In this document: positions 1-7,883 of the stretch, in pieces
Numbering within the stretch: the first letter of the stretch is position 1
Layout: every line of letters begins with the position of its first letter
Virus record (IMG/VR): IMGVR_UViG_3300011416_000002
Coordinates: 1 to 50,059 of that record
Reading direction: 5' to 3' (one strand)
Source: a virus
Taxonomy: Duplodnaviria; Caudoviricetes
Length of the DNA stretch: 50,059 bases
The notes under the pieces: model-generated
What the model was told of the DNA's origin: nothing
Seen by the model: only the letters and a program-made list of their open reading frames with translations
Database searches by the model: none
Translations under genes and position numbers: made by a program

Positions 1-123
1 CGAGGGTGCCATGCTTCGACCCAGATGAGTGTCCCCTTGCATACTTGAAGTAGCTCTTGGTCTTCATACCGATGTGGAAGCCAATCGATAGGGTCTTGAT
101 CTTCTTCATATGCGCACCATGAA
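1..123. repeat. 123-bp direct terminal repeat, left copy (circular assembly overlap or terminal redundancy)
   Basis: 1-123 is identical to 49937-50059; stop of ORF 106-360 overlaps (ATGA) the start of ORF 49422-50045 across the junction. Confidence 0.97.
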
Positions 124-360
124 ATAAACCCACCGTGATGGGCCTTCCCGTTTCTGTACCAGGGTTACCTGGCCCGCTTCATACGCCCTATAGGCGAGCG
201 CAGCGCGCCGCTCTATGTCCGCGCTACCTGTGCGATCCTGTGCGAGGTAGCCGTTCCAATAGGCCAGCCACTCTCCGAAACGCGCATTCCGTAGCCACTC
301 GGTCAACTGTGGGGTAGAGAGCGCCATTGCAGGCGCTCCCATTGTTGTACGCTTCTCCAT
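106..360 (-). CDS. hypothetical early protein (84 aa)
   Basis: ATG at 360 directly after upstream stop (362); AGGA-type SD; ATGA coupling to next gene. Confidence 0.75.
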   Translation of the reverse strand: MEKRTTMGAPAMALSTPQLTEWLRNARFGEWLAYWNGYLAQDRTGSADIERRAALAYRAYEAGQVTLVQKREGPSRWVYFMVRI

Positions 361-361
361 G

Positions 362-1672
362 TTACTTTCCTGCACTGTCAGCCTCCGGAGGCGTTTCCGT
401 AGAGGCTTCATCTTCAAGGTTGACTGCCATATCGTAGAAGTAGAAGCGGTTGTCAGCATCGTCCCAACCAAAGACGTAGCCTTCCACCGTCACAAGGGTC
501 ATGTCCTTTAGCATCCCTATGTGGGGAAACTCATTGGAGCCGAAGAGCCCCATAGCCTTTGCATAGGCTTTGTACTTGTTGTTGGACAGGATTGGGGTTC
601 CTTTGCTGTCCTCCACATAGAAGGGGTGGCCATCCAGCTCCTCAAGGAGTTCGGCCTCCCCTGGTTGTAGATCGGGGCATTCATCGCTCTTTGTCGATGT
701 GACCTTTCGTCCCCCATTGAAGTAGTGCTTCACGAAGGAGCCTTCTTTGGTGCGCTGCCACCATCCAGTGCGCCCCTCTTTGACGGGCTTCTCTGTCTTG
801 GCGTACCTGGTATTCGTATATCCGCCGTATGTGTTCTTGGAGCCACCAGCACTGACCTTTCGACCGGTCATGTCCTCTACATACTTCAACTGGTCATGGC
901 ATTCGACAGCTTCCTTACAGTAGAAGGACCGAAGCCATGTAACGGGGCACATATCGTCTGGAACGAGGCCCCCAACGGAAGCGACGATAGAAGCGGCTGT
1001 TCCGGTGCGACCATGACCTCCCATACAGAACATTACAATGTTGCTCCCTTCTTCAAGGGACGCGATCTTATCAACGAAAACCCGCCACCATTCCATAGGA
1101 AGTTGTGATGGAATACCATAGTCGGGCCAGTTGATGTGCATGTAGGGGACAGTTGGGGTCTTCCATACGAGGGAGCCGAAGGTTTCTTCCGCGCTCTCAT
1201 TACATGCGAGGATACGATCACCAGCCCCACCAGCTATCTTCGACCATGTCCCCTTGATGAGGCACACCACGAGGTCCCACGCTTTGTCTACATCAAGGGG
1301 AACCTTGAAGGTGACCTCACTCTCTTTGCCGATCCATACGGTGCAACCACCGATCTTCCCAAGGACATGGAGGCCCTTATGGCAATCGCGGCTCCACACT
1401 TCAGTGTGGCTATAGGATGTGGCTGTGGATGTGGTGGCCTTTGGAGGGCCATTCGTGATGACCTCAATCACGTCTGAGGCATCCATGAGGCATATCATCT
1501 TCTCGCGGCATGACCACATAGAGCAGGTTTGCTTGTGGCGATTGCACCATACGGTGTCCGGTAGCTTCTTCATTGGGGTAGTCTCCGTCTTCGGCTTGTT
1601 CATTTTCTGACACACAAGCATACAATGTGCATTGTGGCATTCATCACGATAGATGGGGCACTTACGAAACAT
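362..1672 (-). CDS. protein-tyrosine/dual-specificity (CX5R) phosphatase with Cys-rich N-terminus
   Basis: HINWPDYG (WPD loop) and MFCMGGHGRTGT (C-x5-R P-loop); start set at ATG 1672, which overlaps the upstream TGA (TGATG). Confidence 0.85.
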   Translation of the reverse strand: MFRKCPIYRDECHNAHCMLVCQKMNKPKTETTPMKKLPDTVWCNRHKQTCSMWSCREKMICLMDASDVIEVITNGPPKATTSTATSYSHTEVWSRDCHKGLHVLGKIGGCTVWIGKESEVTFKVPLDVDKAWDLVVCLIKGTWSKIAGGAGDRILACNESAEETFGSLVWKTPTVPYMHINWPDYGIPSQLPMEWWRVFVDKIASLEEGSNIVMFCMGGHGRTGTAASIVASVGGLVPDDMCPVTWLRSFYCKEAVECHDQLKYVEDMTGRKVSAGGSKNTYGGYTNTRYAKTEKPVKEGRTGWWQRTKEGSFVKHYFNGGRKVTSTKSDECPDLQPGEAELLEELDGHPFYVEDSKGTPILSNNKYKAYAKAMGLFGSNEFPHIGMLKDMTLVTVEGYVFGWDDADNRFYFYDMAVNLEDEASTETPPEADSAGK

Positions 1673-3984
1673 CACTCCAATCCCCCATCTTGGTCTTCGT
1701 TGTAGAGCGGCTCCCACTTAGGATAGTGCGGGTCCTCTGGGTTATCCGTGGGTGCTGGAAGGTTGTTCGCATACATGTCCTTTTGCAGCTTCACCTTCAT
1801 ACAGTCGATACATGTGCATTCAGGCAAGTAGTTATTGTATTGCACAAGGCTTTGAGGGGTGACCTCATTGATAGTTACAGGGAGCACCTTCTTGAGTTCC
1901 TTGTAGGTCTCCTTGGTAGGCGGCTCACCCTTCTTGGTGTAGAGCGGCGATATCCCATAAGGGGTCGCCCACTTGCCAACGCCATATAAGGCCGACAGCT
2001 CGCTGGATGTCATACAGTTTGTAGGAATACTCTTGTCGGTGTCATCGCATGCATTAGCGATGGGGTGCCACCTTGAGTAGCCGTCCTTCTTGGTGCAGAG
2101 GCCGCACTTGTAGAGACGGGGTTTCTCTGGTGGCGCTGTGACAACGAACCACTTGTTGTGAACGCTATTGAGAAAGCTATAGGTGTAGTTGGGCACATAG
2201 GCGTGATCGGTATCAGGGTGGTTCATGCACATCTGGTCCTTTGGATGGTAGACAGTTGTGGTGAACGATGCACCCGGCTTCTGACAGTAATTGCATGGGT
2301 AGTAGGAGACTGAGTTGATCTCCTCTTGAAGGGCCGCTTCATGCATATCCTTTATGCGTTGAGCCCGCCGCTCCTCTGCTTTAAGGCGCCTATCAGCACT
2401 CTCATTCCAGCCTTGGTTGATGTGCTTCTCGGCTTCCTTCTGGACCTTGATCTTCGCATCTTGGATAGGCCCGCAGAGGATTTCCATCACCTGAGGGGTG
2501 GCTAGCCCGAACTGAGGAACGGTCACTGAGAGGTCCACATAAGCATCGGCTATGAACTTGGATGTGAGCTTTCCACCATTGTGGACGGAATTGACCGCCT
2601 TATTGTAATAGACCACAACCTTATTCCAATTGATTTCAGTAGGCTCATCCTTGAACACGAATATGGCATCGATCATATTGCGAGTATCCCGCGCTGCATC
2701 TCGCCACTTGGGACCGCCATATGAGCAGCTTCCTACATAATCCCCGTTCTTATCCTTGGCATCAGCCGCGCCCCTCCATGGACCTTCAAAATCCTGGACC
2801 GCTTGATCTATAAGGGATCGCAGTATCTCCATGTTATTGATCGATAACAGACGGGTGAATACCATATCGCGTGAGCCATGGGTTTGTGAGCCCTTCATTA
2901 ATGGCACACGGCTTTTGTCCAGCATTATCCAATCTATTGCTGGAGCGCTCCCATTAATAGAGCCGGGGCCACTGGCATAGAAATGCCTTGCTTCCCCTAT
3001 GCATGCAGCGGTTAGGATGCGCGCCATCAACGATACTCCGGCCACTCGGAGCTTCAATAGGTATGGTTCGTAGCCCCATTCGTTCATGACATGGAGGATC
3101 GACACTGATGCTTGGATAGCGCTTTTTCTATCGCAAAACATGGGCTTTCCAAACATCTTGCTCATGGCCCTGTAATGAACGCGCCGTAGCTTAGGAGGCT
3201 GCTCACTGTCAGGCTCTAAGGCATCTCCTGCGACAGGCTTAGGTGCCTCAGGATCAGTAATCACTGCGAAACCCTTCGCTATTCCATGCACTGTTATATG
3301 CGATGACAATGATACTCCTGGGCAATAGATTGCGGTCCCCTCTTCCATGGTGTTGACGCGGCGTTCCCATAATAGGAGGTCATTCACCTCTTCCTCAGTT
3401 GGGATAACAACGCTGGATACTATGTAGCGTTGTGTGGGCACATAGTTATAGCGCACACGGCCTACCTTAGGGCCATCCCTAAGCTGTACTATGGTAACCG
3501 CTCCACTATTCTCTACGATTTCCATGTATGGGCTGTCCTTTATACCGGCAGCTCCATAAGCGGACATTCTATCAAGATAACTTGTGAGCTTTCCAGGGGT
3601 GCATGGGATTATATATTGCTGTCCCTTACCAGCCGTGGCACCATCATTTTTGTAGGCCCATGTCACAGAACTATCTGTGAGAACACCACTAGCGTTCCCT
3701 GATAGTGTGGGCATGATTAGGACTTCTGCCTTGGGATCGGCCATCTTGGCTTCCATGTACACATCCAAGAGGTCTTTCAATCCTTTGATGGGGCGGCTTT
3801 CTACAAAGCCATGGCGCGGCCTTTCTGGGCATGGACGCGCAAACATCCCATCTAGGGAATAGGTCTCGGGCATGTTGTAAGGGAGGCAGTAGGCCGTGAC
3901 TGTTTCGAACCATTGGGGTAGGACGCCCATTGTGCGCAATGTAGGCAACAAGGCGACGCCCTTGGCTTTCTGTGTCACATGCAT
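1672..3984 (-). CDS. PPDK/PEP-synthase-like ATP-grasp + phosphohistidine swivel phosphotransferase with unknown C-terminal domains
   Basis: QKAKG, FARPC, SGVLT and YMEIVENSGAVTIVQLRDG match PPDK nucleotide-binding motifs; SLSSHITVHGIAKGFAVIT matches the TSHAAVVAR phospho-His motif; GGAG SD before ATG 3984. Confidence 0.75.
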   Translation of the reverse strand: MHVTQKAKGVALLPTLRTMGVLPQWFETVTAYCLPYNMPETYSLDGMFARPCPERPRHGFVESRPIKGLKDLLDVYMEAKMADPKAEVLIMPTLSGNASGVLTDSSVTWAYKNDGATAGKGQQYIIPCTPGKLTSYLDRMSAYGAAGIKDSPYMEIVENSGAVTIVQLRDGPKVGRVRYNYVPTQRYIVSSVVIPTEEEVNDLLLWERRVNTMEEGTAIYCPGVSLSSHITVHGIAKGFAVITDPEAPKPVAGDALEPDSEQPPKLRRVHYRAMSKMFGKPMFCDRKSAIQASVSILHVMNEWGYEPYLLKLRVAGVSLMARILTAACIGEARHFYASGPGSINGSAPAIDWIMLDKSRVPLMKGSQTHGSRDMVFTRLLSINNMEILRSLIDQAVQDFEGPWRGAADAKDKNGDYVGSCSYGGPKWRDAARDTRNMIDAIFVFKDEPTEINWNKVVVYYNKAVNSVHNGGKLTSKFIADAYVDLSVTVPQFGLATPQVMEILCGPIQDAKIKVQKEAEKHINQGWNESADRRLKAEERRAQRIKDMHEAALQEEINSVSYYPCNYCQKPGASFTTTVYHPKDQMCMNHPDTDHAYVPNYTYSFLNSVHNKWFVVTAPPEKPRLYKCGLCTKKDGYSRWHPIANACDDTDKSIPTNCMTSSELSALYGVGKWATPYGISPLYTKKGEPPTKETYKELKKVLPVTINEVTPQSLVQYNNYLPECTCIDCMKVKLQKDMYANNLPAPTDNPEDPHYPKWEPLYNEDQDGGLE

Positions 3985-4105
3985 TGGGAACTCCATTGGG
4001 TTTTGGCACGGGTTTGGCACGGCCCAAGTGTGGCAGATTTGCCGCACTTTTGGCCATGTGGCGCGCTGCCGCGTGCCATTTTGTCGCACGCGCCGGCCGG
4101 CGGCG

Positions 4106-4121
4106 TTAACCTTTCGTTAAC
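4106..4121. promoter_or_regulatory. CtrA-binding site (TTAA-N7-TTAAC)
   Basis: TTAA-cctttcg-TTAAC, ~120 bp upstream of the phosphotransferase start. Confidence 0.7.
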
Positions 4122-4210
4122 TTTCCTCGCACGCGCTGGCGCGGCACCAGGGATCGCAGGCTCGCATGGCGATTGCGGCGCCAAATTTGGCCGCTAGCTG
4201 GCCAGGAATG

Positions 4211-4239
4211 AGAAAGGGGAGGCTAGATAGCCTCCCCTT
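4211..4239 (-). terminator. rho-independent terminator
   Basis: AAGGGGAGGCTA/TAGCCTCCCCTT inverted repeat, T-rich on - strand, downstream of 4288 stop. Confidence 0.7.
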
Positions 4240-4287
4240 GTCGATTGCGTCTGGCGGTCCGCTTTGGGCCGCTGGCTGTGTTGAGCG

Positions 4288-4515
4288 TTACAACCAATCG
4301 TTTTCTTGCGCCATGTCTAGCATGTAGCCAAGCCAGAAGTGTCGGAGGCCACGGGCCCATGCCTCGCGATAGGCGTGCTCACTTTCGGCGGTCTCACGCA
4401 CCCATGCAGGAGGATTGCAGGCATCGTCCTCCTGCATCTCGTTTCCATCCCTATAGCCAGCTTTGCCAGCGCGCTGCACTAGCAAGCTGTTCGATGTTGC
4501 TATGGCCAAGCTCAT
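4288..4515 (-). CDS. hypothetical early protein (75 aa)
   Basis: ATG overlaps upstream TGA (ATGA). Confidence 0.7.
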   Translation of the reverse strand: MSLAIATSNSLLVQRAGKAGYRDGNEMQEDDACNPPAWVRETAESEHAYREAWARGLRHFWLGYMLDMAQENDWL

Positions 4516-4604
4516 GACAGCACCAAATGCAAGAGAGCTCCTGAGACCATGCCGAGCACAAACATGGCGGCCATTAACCATGCGATTTCATCGTTCGGGC
4601 TCAT
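4512..4604 (-). CDS. 30-aa membrane peptide MSPNDEIAWLMAAMFVLGMVSGALLHLVLS
   Basis: read manually; ATGA overlaps at both ends; single hydrophobic helix. Confidence 0.6.
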   Translation of the reverse strand: MSPNDEIAWLMAAMFVLGMVSGALLHLVLS

Positions 4605-4693
4605 GACGTCACCAATAGCAGGAGGGACAGGATTATGATGGTTGCACATAGAACGATTTCTATGAGCATGCGCTCATCGTTTGAGTGTTTCAT
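4601..4693 (-). CDS. 30-aa membrane peptide MKHSNDERMLIEIVLCATIIILSLLLLVTS
   Basis: read manually; AAGGAG SD 6 nt upstream; ATGA overlap with next ORF; hydrophobic helix. Confidence 0.65.
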   Translation of the reverse strand: MKHSNDERMLIEIVLCATIIILSLLLLVTS

Positions 4694-4712
4694 ATGCATC
4701 TCCTTGAACGCG

Positions 4713-4738
4713 AAAAGGCCACGCGTTCAAGCGTGGCC
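4713..4738 (-). terminator. rho-independent terminator
   Basis: GGCCACGC-6nt-GCGTGGCC followed by TTTT on - strand, just after 4757 stop. Confidence 0.65.
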
Positions 4739-4756
4739 GCTTCACGATGCTAGGGT

Positions 4757-5098
4757 TTATTCGTCGCTCTCATCCGAACCATGGCCTTGCGCGGCCAAGT
4801 AGGCCCGCATGGTCGCCGCAAACTTCGGATCGGCCATCTTGCGCTCGATTTCCAGCGCGGTCCTGTCATGCGCAGGATTGGGGATGCCAGCCGACACGTT
4901 GATGCGCAGGTTGCCACCGAGCGCCTTTAGAGCGCGCCACTGGGTAGAGGCGAAGATGCAGAGCGCGCCAGACTTGGACGGCTTGGCGCGGGCCAATGCA
5001 TCGGCCGACACGTCAATGCGGATGACAAGATAGTCGCCATCCATCTGTGCCGTTACGCCATTGGAGACCTTAACGATGGGGTTTGAGATCATGTTCAT
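4757..5098 (-). CDS. small first-early protein, possible nucleic-acid-binding (LVIRID...PSKSG...AST family)
   Basis: clean ORF; motif LVIRIDVS..KPSKSG..FAST resembles a widespread small phage/bacterial beta-rich family; function inferred only. Confidence 0.6.
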   Translation of the reverse strand: MNMISNPIVKVSNGVTAQMDGDYLVIRIDVSADALARAKPSKSGALCIFASTQWRALKALGGNLRINVSAGIPNPAHDRTALEIERKMADPKFAATMRAYLAAQGHGSDESDE

Positions 5099-6067
5099 TG
5101 TAAGAGCCTTTCAGGTTGTAGCGGCACCGACCACCATTGGCGGGTGCCAAGGCCGAAGATGCGACGCAAAGGTTAAGGAAGAGTTAACGGCACCACATAA
5201 ACGCTGTTCAATAGCGCGGTGTGGCGTTTTGTCGCGGGGCGAGGGAGCGTGCGAGAAAAGCGGTTTTTCTGCGGAATATGAAGAGGTTCTTTTGTGTGTC
5301 TTATATGCAATCTGAACGCTGTGTTGTGCGGGTCTCGCCCAATTGAACGCCGTAATGTGCGCCGGGCCGAGATGTACCGGCACCCGTTCCCCCCGCCCCA
5401 CCCCCGGCCGCCGGGCGGCAGAAAACGGGGCCCCGCCGGACACGCCGTGTACATGCAACTGAAAATAAATAAGAAAAACCCTGCACGCTGCATATACAGT
5501 ACACAGATCATAGGATGCAGCGGCCACCTTTCCGCGCCATGTCGCATAAGCATCTTACAAAGGATGAGGCTCGCTCGCTTCGCTCGCTCGCTGGGTGCGG
5601 CATATCGTCGCATCTGGGTGAACAGCGTTCAGCCCCTGCGGGAGGGTGGAACCGGGGACGGGGAGCGGCTATCGGATAGAGGACTGGGACGGGAGCGGGG
5701 GGCCGGAGAAGGGGCAGTGATACGCTAGTGAGAGGCCACATGGTTCTAGCATGTGGCTCCCTAGCTACTGGTAGGTAAATAGGCGAGCGGGAGCGAACGT
5801 AGAGGGGTTCAAAGTCCAGATTACCCTTATAGAGGAAGATGAACTGACCCTCCGAGGTCCTCCGACGAGACCGAGGAAACCATTTCTCGCGAGCGTTAGC
5901 GAGAGCGGTCAGCTCCAAGTGGTCTTATAGGCGATCTGACCTTTTGACCTGTCGCCCCTGCGGCGTTCGGCCACATTGAGTTGACCTGCTGACCCGTATA
6001 GTAGGAGTTCCAGCAGGGGTCAGAAGGCCAATTCCCGGTCCTGACCCCCTGATCTGGTCCCCCAAAC
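5099..6067. other. divergent non-coding control region (promoters, putative origin/packaging site)
   Basis: lies between oppositely oriented gene arms; only low-complexity shadow ORFs; GCTC/GAGC and TGACC repeats, G- and C-tracts. Confidence 0.6.
5173..5188. promoter_or_regulatory. CtrA-binding site (TTAA-N7-TTAAC)
   Basis: TTAA-ggaagag-TTAAC, ~75 bp upstream of first early gene. Confidence 0.7.
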
Positions 6068-7132
6068 ATGCCCCAAGAGGCAAAAGCCCCCTACTTAACC
6101 GTCCGGCGTTCCGACATGATCGAGAAAAAGCAGATCGAATGGCTCTGGAAGCCCTATATCCCCGCAGGAAGCCTCTCCATGCTGACCGGAGACCCCGGTA
6201 TCGGTAAATCGACCCTGGTTTGCGAGATCATAGCCTGTCTGACGACCGGCCGACCGCTCCCTGGCATGGTTCCGGGGTCCATCCCGCCGTCCGAGTGCTG
6301 GATTTTGAACGCTGAAGACGCAGCCGACGACACGATTGTCTGGCGTCTCGACAACCAAGGCGCCGACCGCTCAAGGGTTCAGGTCACAGATCAGGCCAGA
6401 CCGCTGGATGAGCGGGCTATGAAGCAGATTGACCAGGTTCTAGGCGACCTGAAGATCAAATTCATGGTGGTTGACCCGGTTCAAGCCTGGACCGGCAGCA
6501 AGATCGACATTCACCGGTCAAATGAGGTCCGTGAATGGACCGAGCCGCTCCGTAACTTGGCAGTCTTCCATAAGACTGCCATCATGTTCATCCGCCACCG
6601 CCGCAAGGGAGCGGCCGGGGACAACCGCATCCAGTCAGGGTATGGCTCCATTGACTTCACAGGGGCCGTCCGGAGCGAGAACAGCGCCATCGAGGCGAAG
6701 GATGGCACCAAGTTCATCGCCCGCATCAAGGGTAACGTCGGCGTTGTGAAGGGCACCGGCCTTGCCTACATCTTGGAGACGCACCCTGATCCTGAGAACG
6801 ACCACGGCATCCTCCGCTGGCAAGGTGCCTACAATGAAGAAGCCATCAAAGAGAAGAAGACCGCTTCCCGTGTTCCTAAGGCGATGGGACGGGCTATTCT
6901 GTTCCTACAGGGTTTCCTGAACCAGGGACCGAGAACCGCGAAAGAATGCTTTACCGAGGGACTGAAGTCCGGTATCAGTGAGAGCACACTGAAGCGAGCC
7001 GCCCACGATATGGTGGACCGCAGCCGTGACGGGGACAAGATGCTATGGGCACTGAAGACATCTTCCCCTTTTGAAGATATGCCCCTGGTACAGATGAATG
7101 GCGCCGCTACCGAAACGCACATGGACACTTGA
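6068..7132 (+). CDS. AAA_25/RepA-like RecA-fold ATPase (putative replicative helicase) with C-terminal wHTH
   Basis: IEWLW..YIP, Walker A GDPGIGKS, Walker B MVVDP, IRHRRKG..GSIDFTGAVRS; C-terminal GISESTLKRA. Confidence 0.85.
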   Translation: MPQEAKAPYLTVRRSDMIEKKQIEWLWKPYIPAGSLSMLTGDPGIGKSTLVCEIIACLTTGRPLPGMVPGSIPPSECWILNAEDAADDTIVWRLDNQGADRSRVQVTDQARPLDERAMKQIDQVLGDLKIKFMVVDPVQAWTGSKIDIHRSNEVREWTEPLRNLAVFHKTAIMFIRHRRKGAAGDNRIQSGYGSIDFTGAVRSENSAIEAKDGTKFIARIKGNVGVVKGTGLAYILETHPDPENDHGILRWQGAYNEEAIKEKKTASRVPKAMGRAILFLQGFLNQGPRTAKECFTEGLKSGISESTLKRAAHDMVDRSRDGDKMLWALKTSSPFEDMPLVQMNGAATETHMDT

Positions 7133-7883
7133 TGACCCGCTCGACGAGAGTGCGGCTCTCGCATTCTGCGAGGCCATAGCGTTCGGCCGCTCCTTCGGAG
7201 ACATTGAGAACGACCAGGGGTTGCCGCCCCGCACCCTGTTCATGGTGTGGGTCATGCGGCACCCCGAGGTCGCCCAAGCCTTCCACGCTGCTCGCGAGGT
7301 CTCCTCCTACATTATGGAGGACGAGGCCATCGACAAGCTCCGCAACATGATGCGGAAGCCCGGCTCCCAAGCTGAAATCCGGCTCCTGGACCTCTTCCTG
7401 AACTGGGTGAAGTGGTCCACCTCCAAGCGCAACCCCAAGGTGTTCAGCGATAAGGCCGCCATCGACATCACCGTTCCGATCCAGATCAACACCTCCCTTG
7501 ATATGGCCAATACCGCTTCCGGCACCAAGGACCATCCGAACATCTACGAGCTGAAGGCCCAGCAGGTCCAGGAACTGGAACCGCCGCCCGACCCTGAGAA
7601 CGTCGTCGATCCCGTCCGTGAAGAAGCGACGAAGGAGTTCAAGAAGGAGAAGCCCAAGCTGCCTCGCCGTCAGAAGCGGCTTCTGGCCCCTCGCGTCGCT
7701 GTCACCGAGCTGGACCGCGCCGTCATCGCAGAGAAGGTCGCCGCTCGCCGCGAGAAGATGAATGCATACCACCGCGAACGGAACCGCCGACTGAAGGGCC
7801 TCCTCCAGTCAAAAGAGCGAAGCGAAAAATTGAGTGAGGACCAGGGAGGCCCATCGAATGGCCCAGACAGTCCACAGAACTGA
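7098..7883 (+). CDS. terS: terminase small subunit
   Basis: N-terminal HTH (GRSFGDIENDQGLPPRTLFMVWV..HPE..QAFHAARE) typical of Sf6-like TerS; directly upstream of TerL. Confidence 0.75.
   Translation: MAPLPKRTWTLDDPLDESAALAFCEAIAFGRSFGDIENDQGLPPRTLFMVWVMRHPEVAQAFHAAREVSSYIMEDEAIDKLRNMMRKPGSQAEIRLLDLFLNWVKWSTSKRNPKVFSDKAAIDITVPIQINTSLDMANTASGTKDHPNIYELKAQQVQELEPPPDPENVVDPVREEATKEFKKEKPKLPRRQKRLLAPRVAVTELDRAVIAEKVAARREKMNAYHRERNRRLKGLLQSKERSEKLSEDQGGPSNGPDSPQN

Noticed and set aside
4002-4022. Sigma54 promoter from tandem TTTGGCACGG repeats
   Set aside because: The -12 element is TGGC rather than TTGC and it points away from the adjacent gene; the repeat is real but its function is unsupported
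5569-5592. Similarity of GCTC repeats to the AAV Rep-binding element
   Set aside because: No HUH Rep gene; short low-complexity match, likely coincidental
5111-5918. Several 60-146 aa ORFs in the divergent region
   Set aside because: Low-complexity R/G/P-rich translations on both strands without SD; better explained as non-coding
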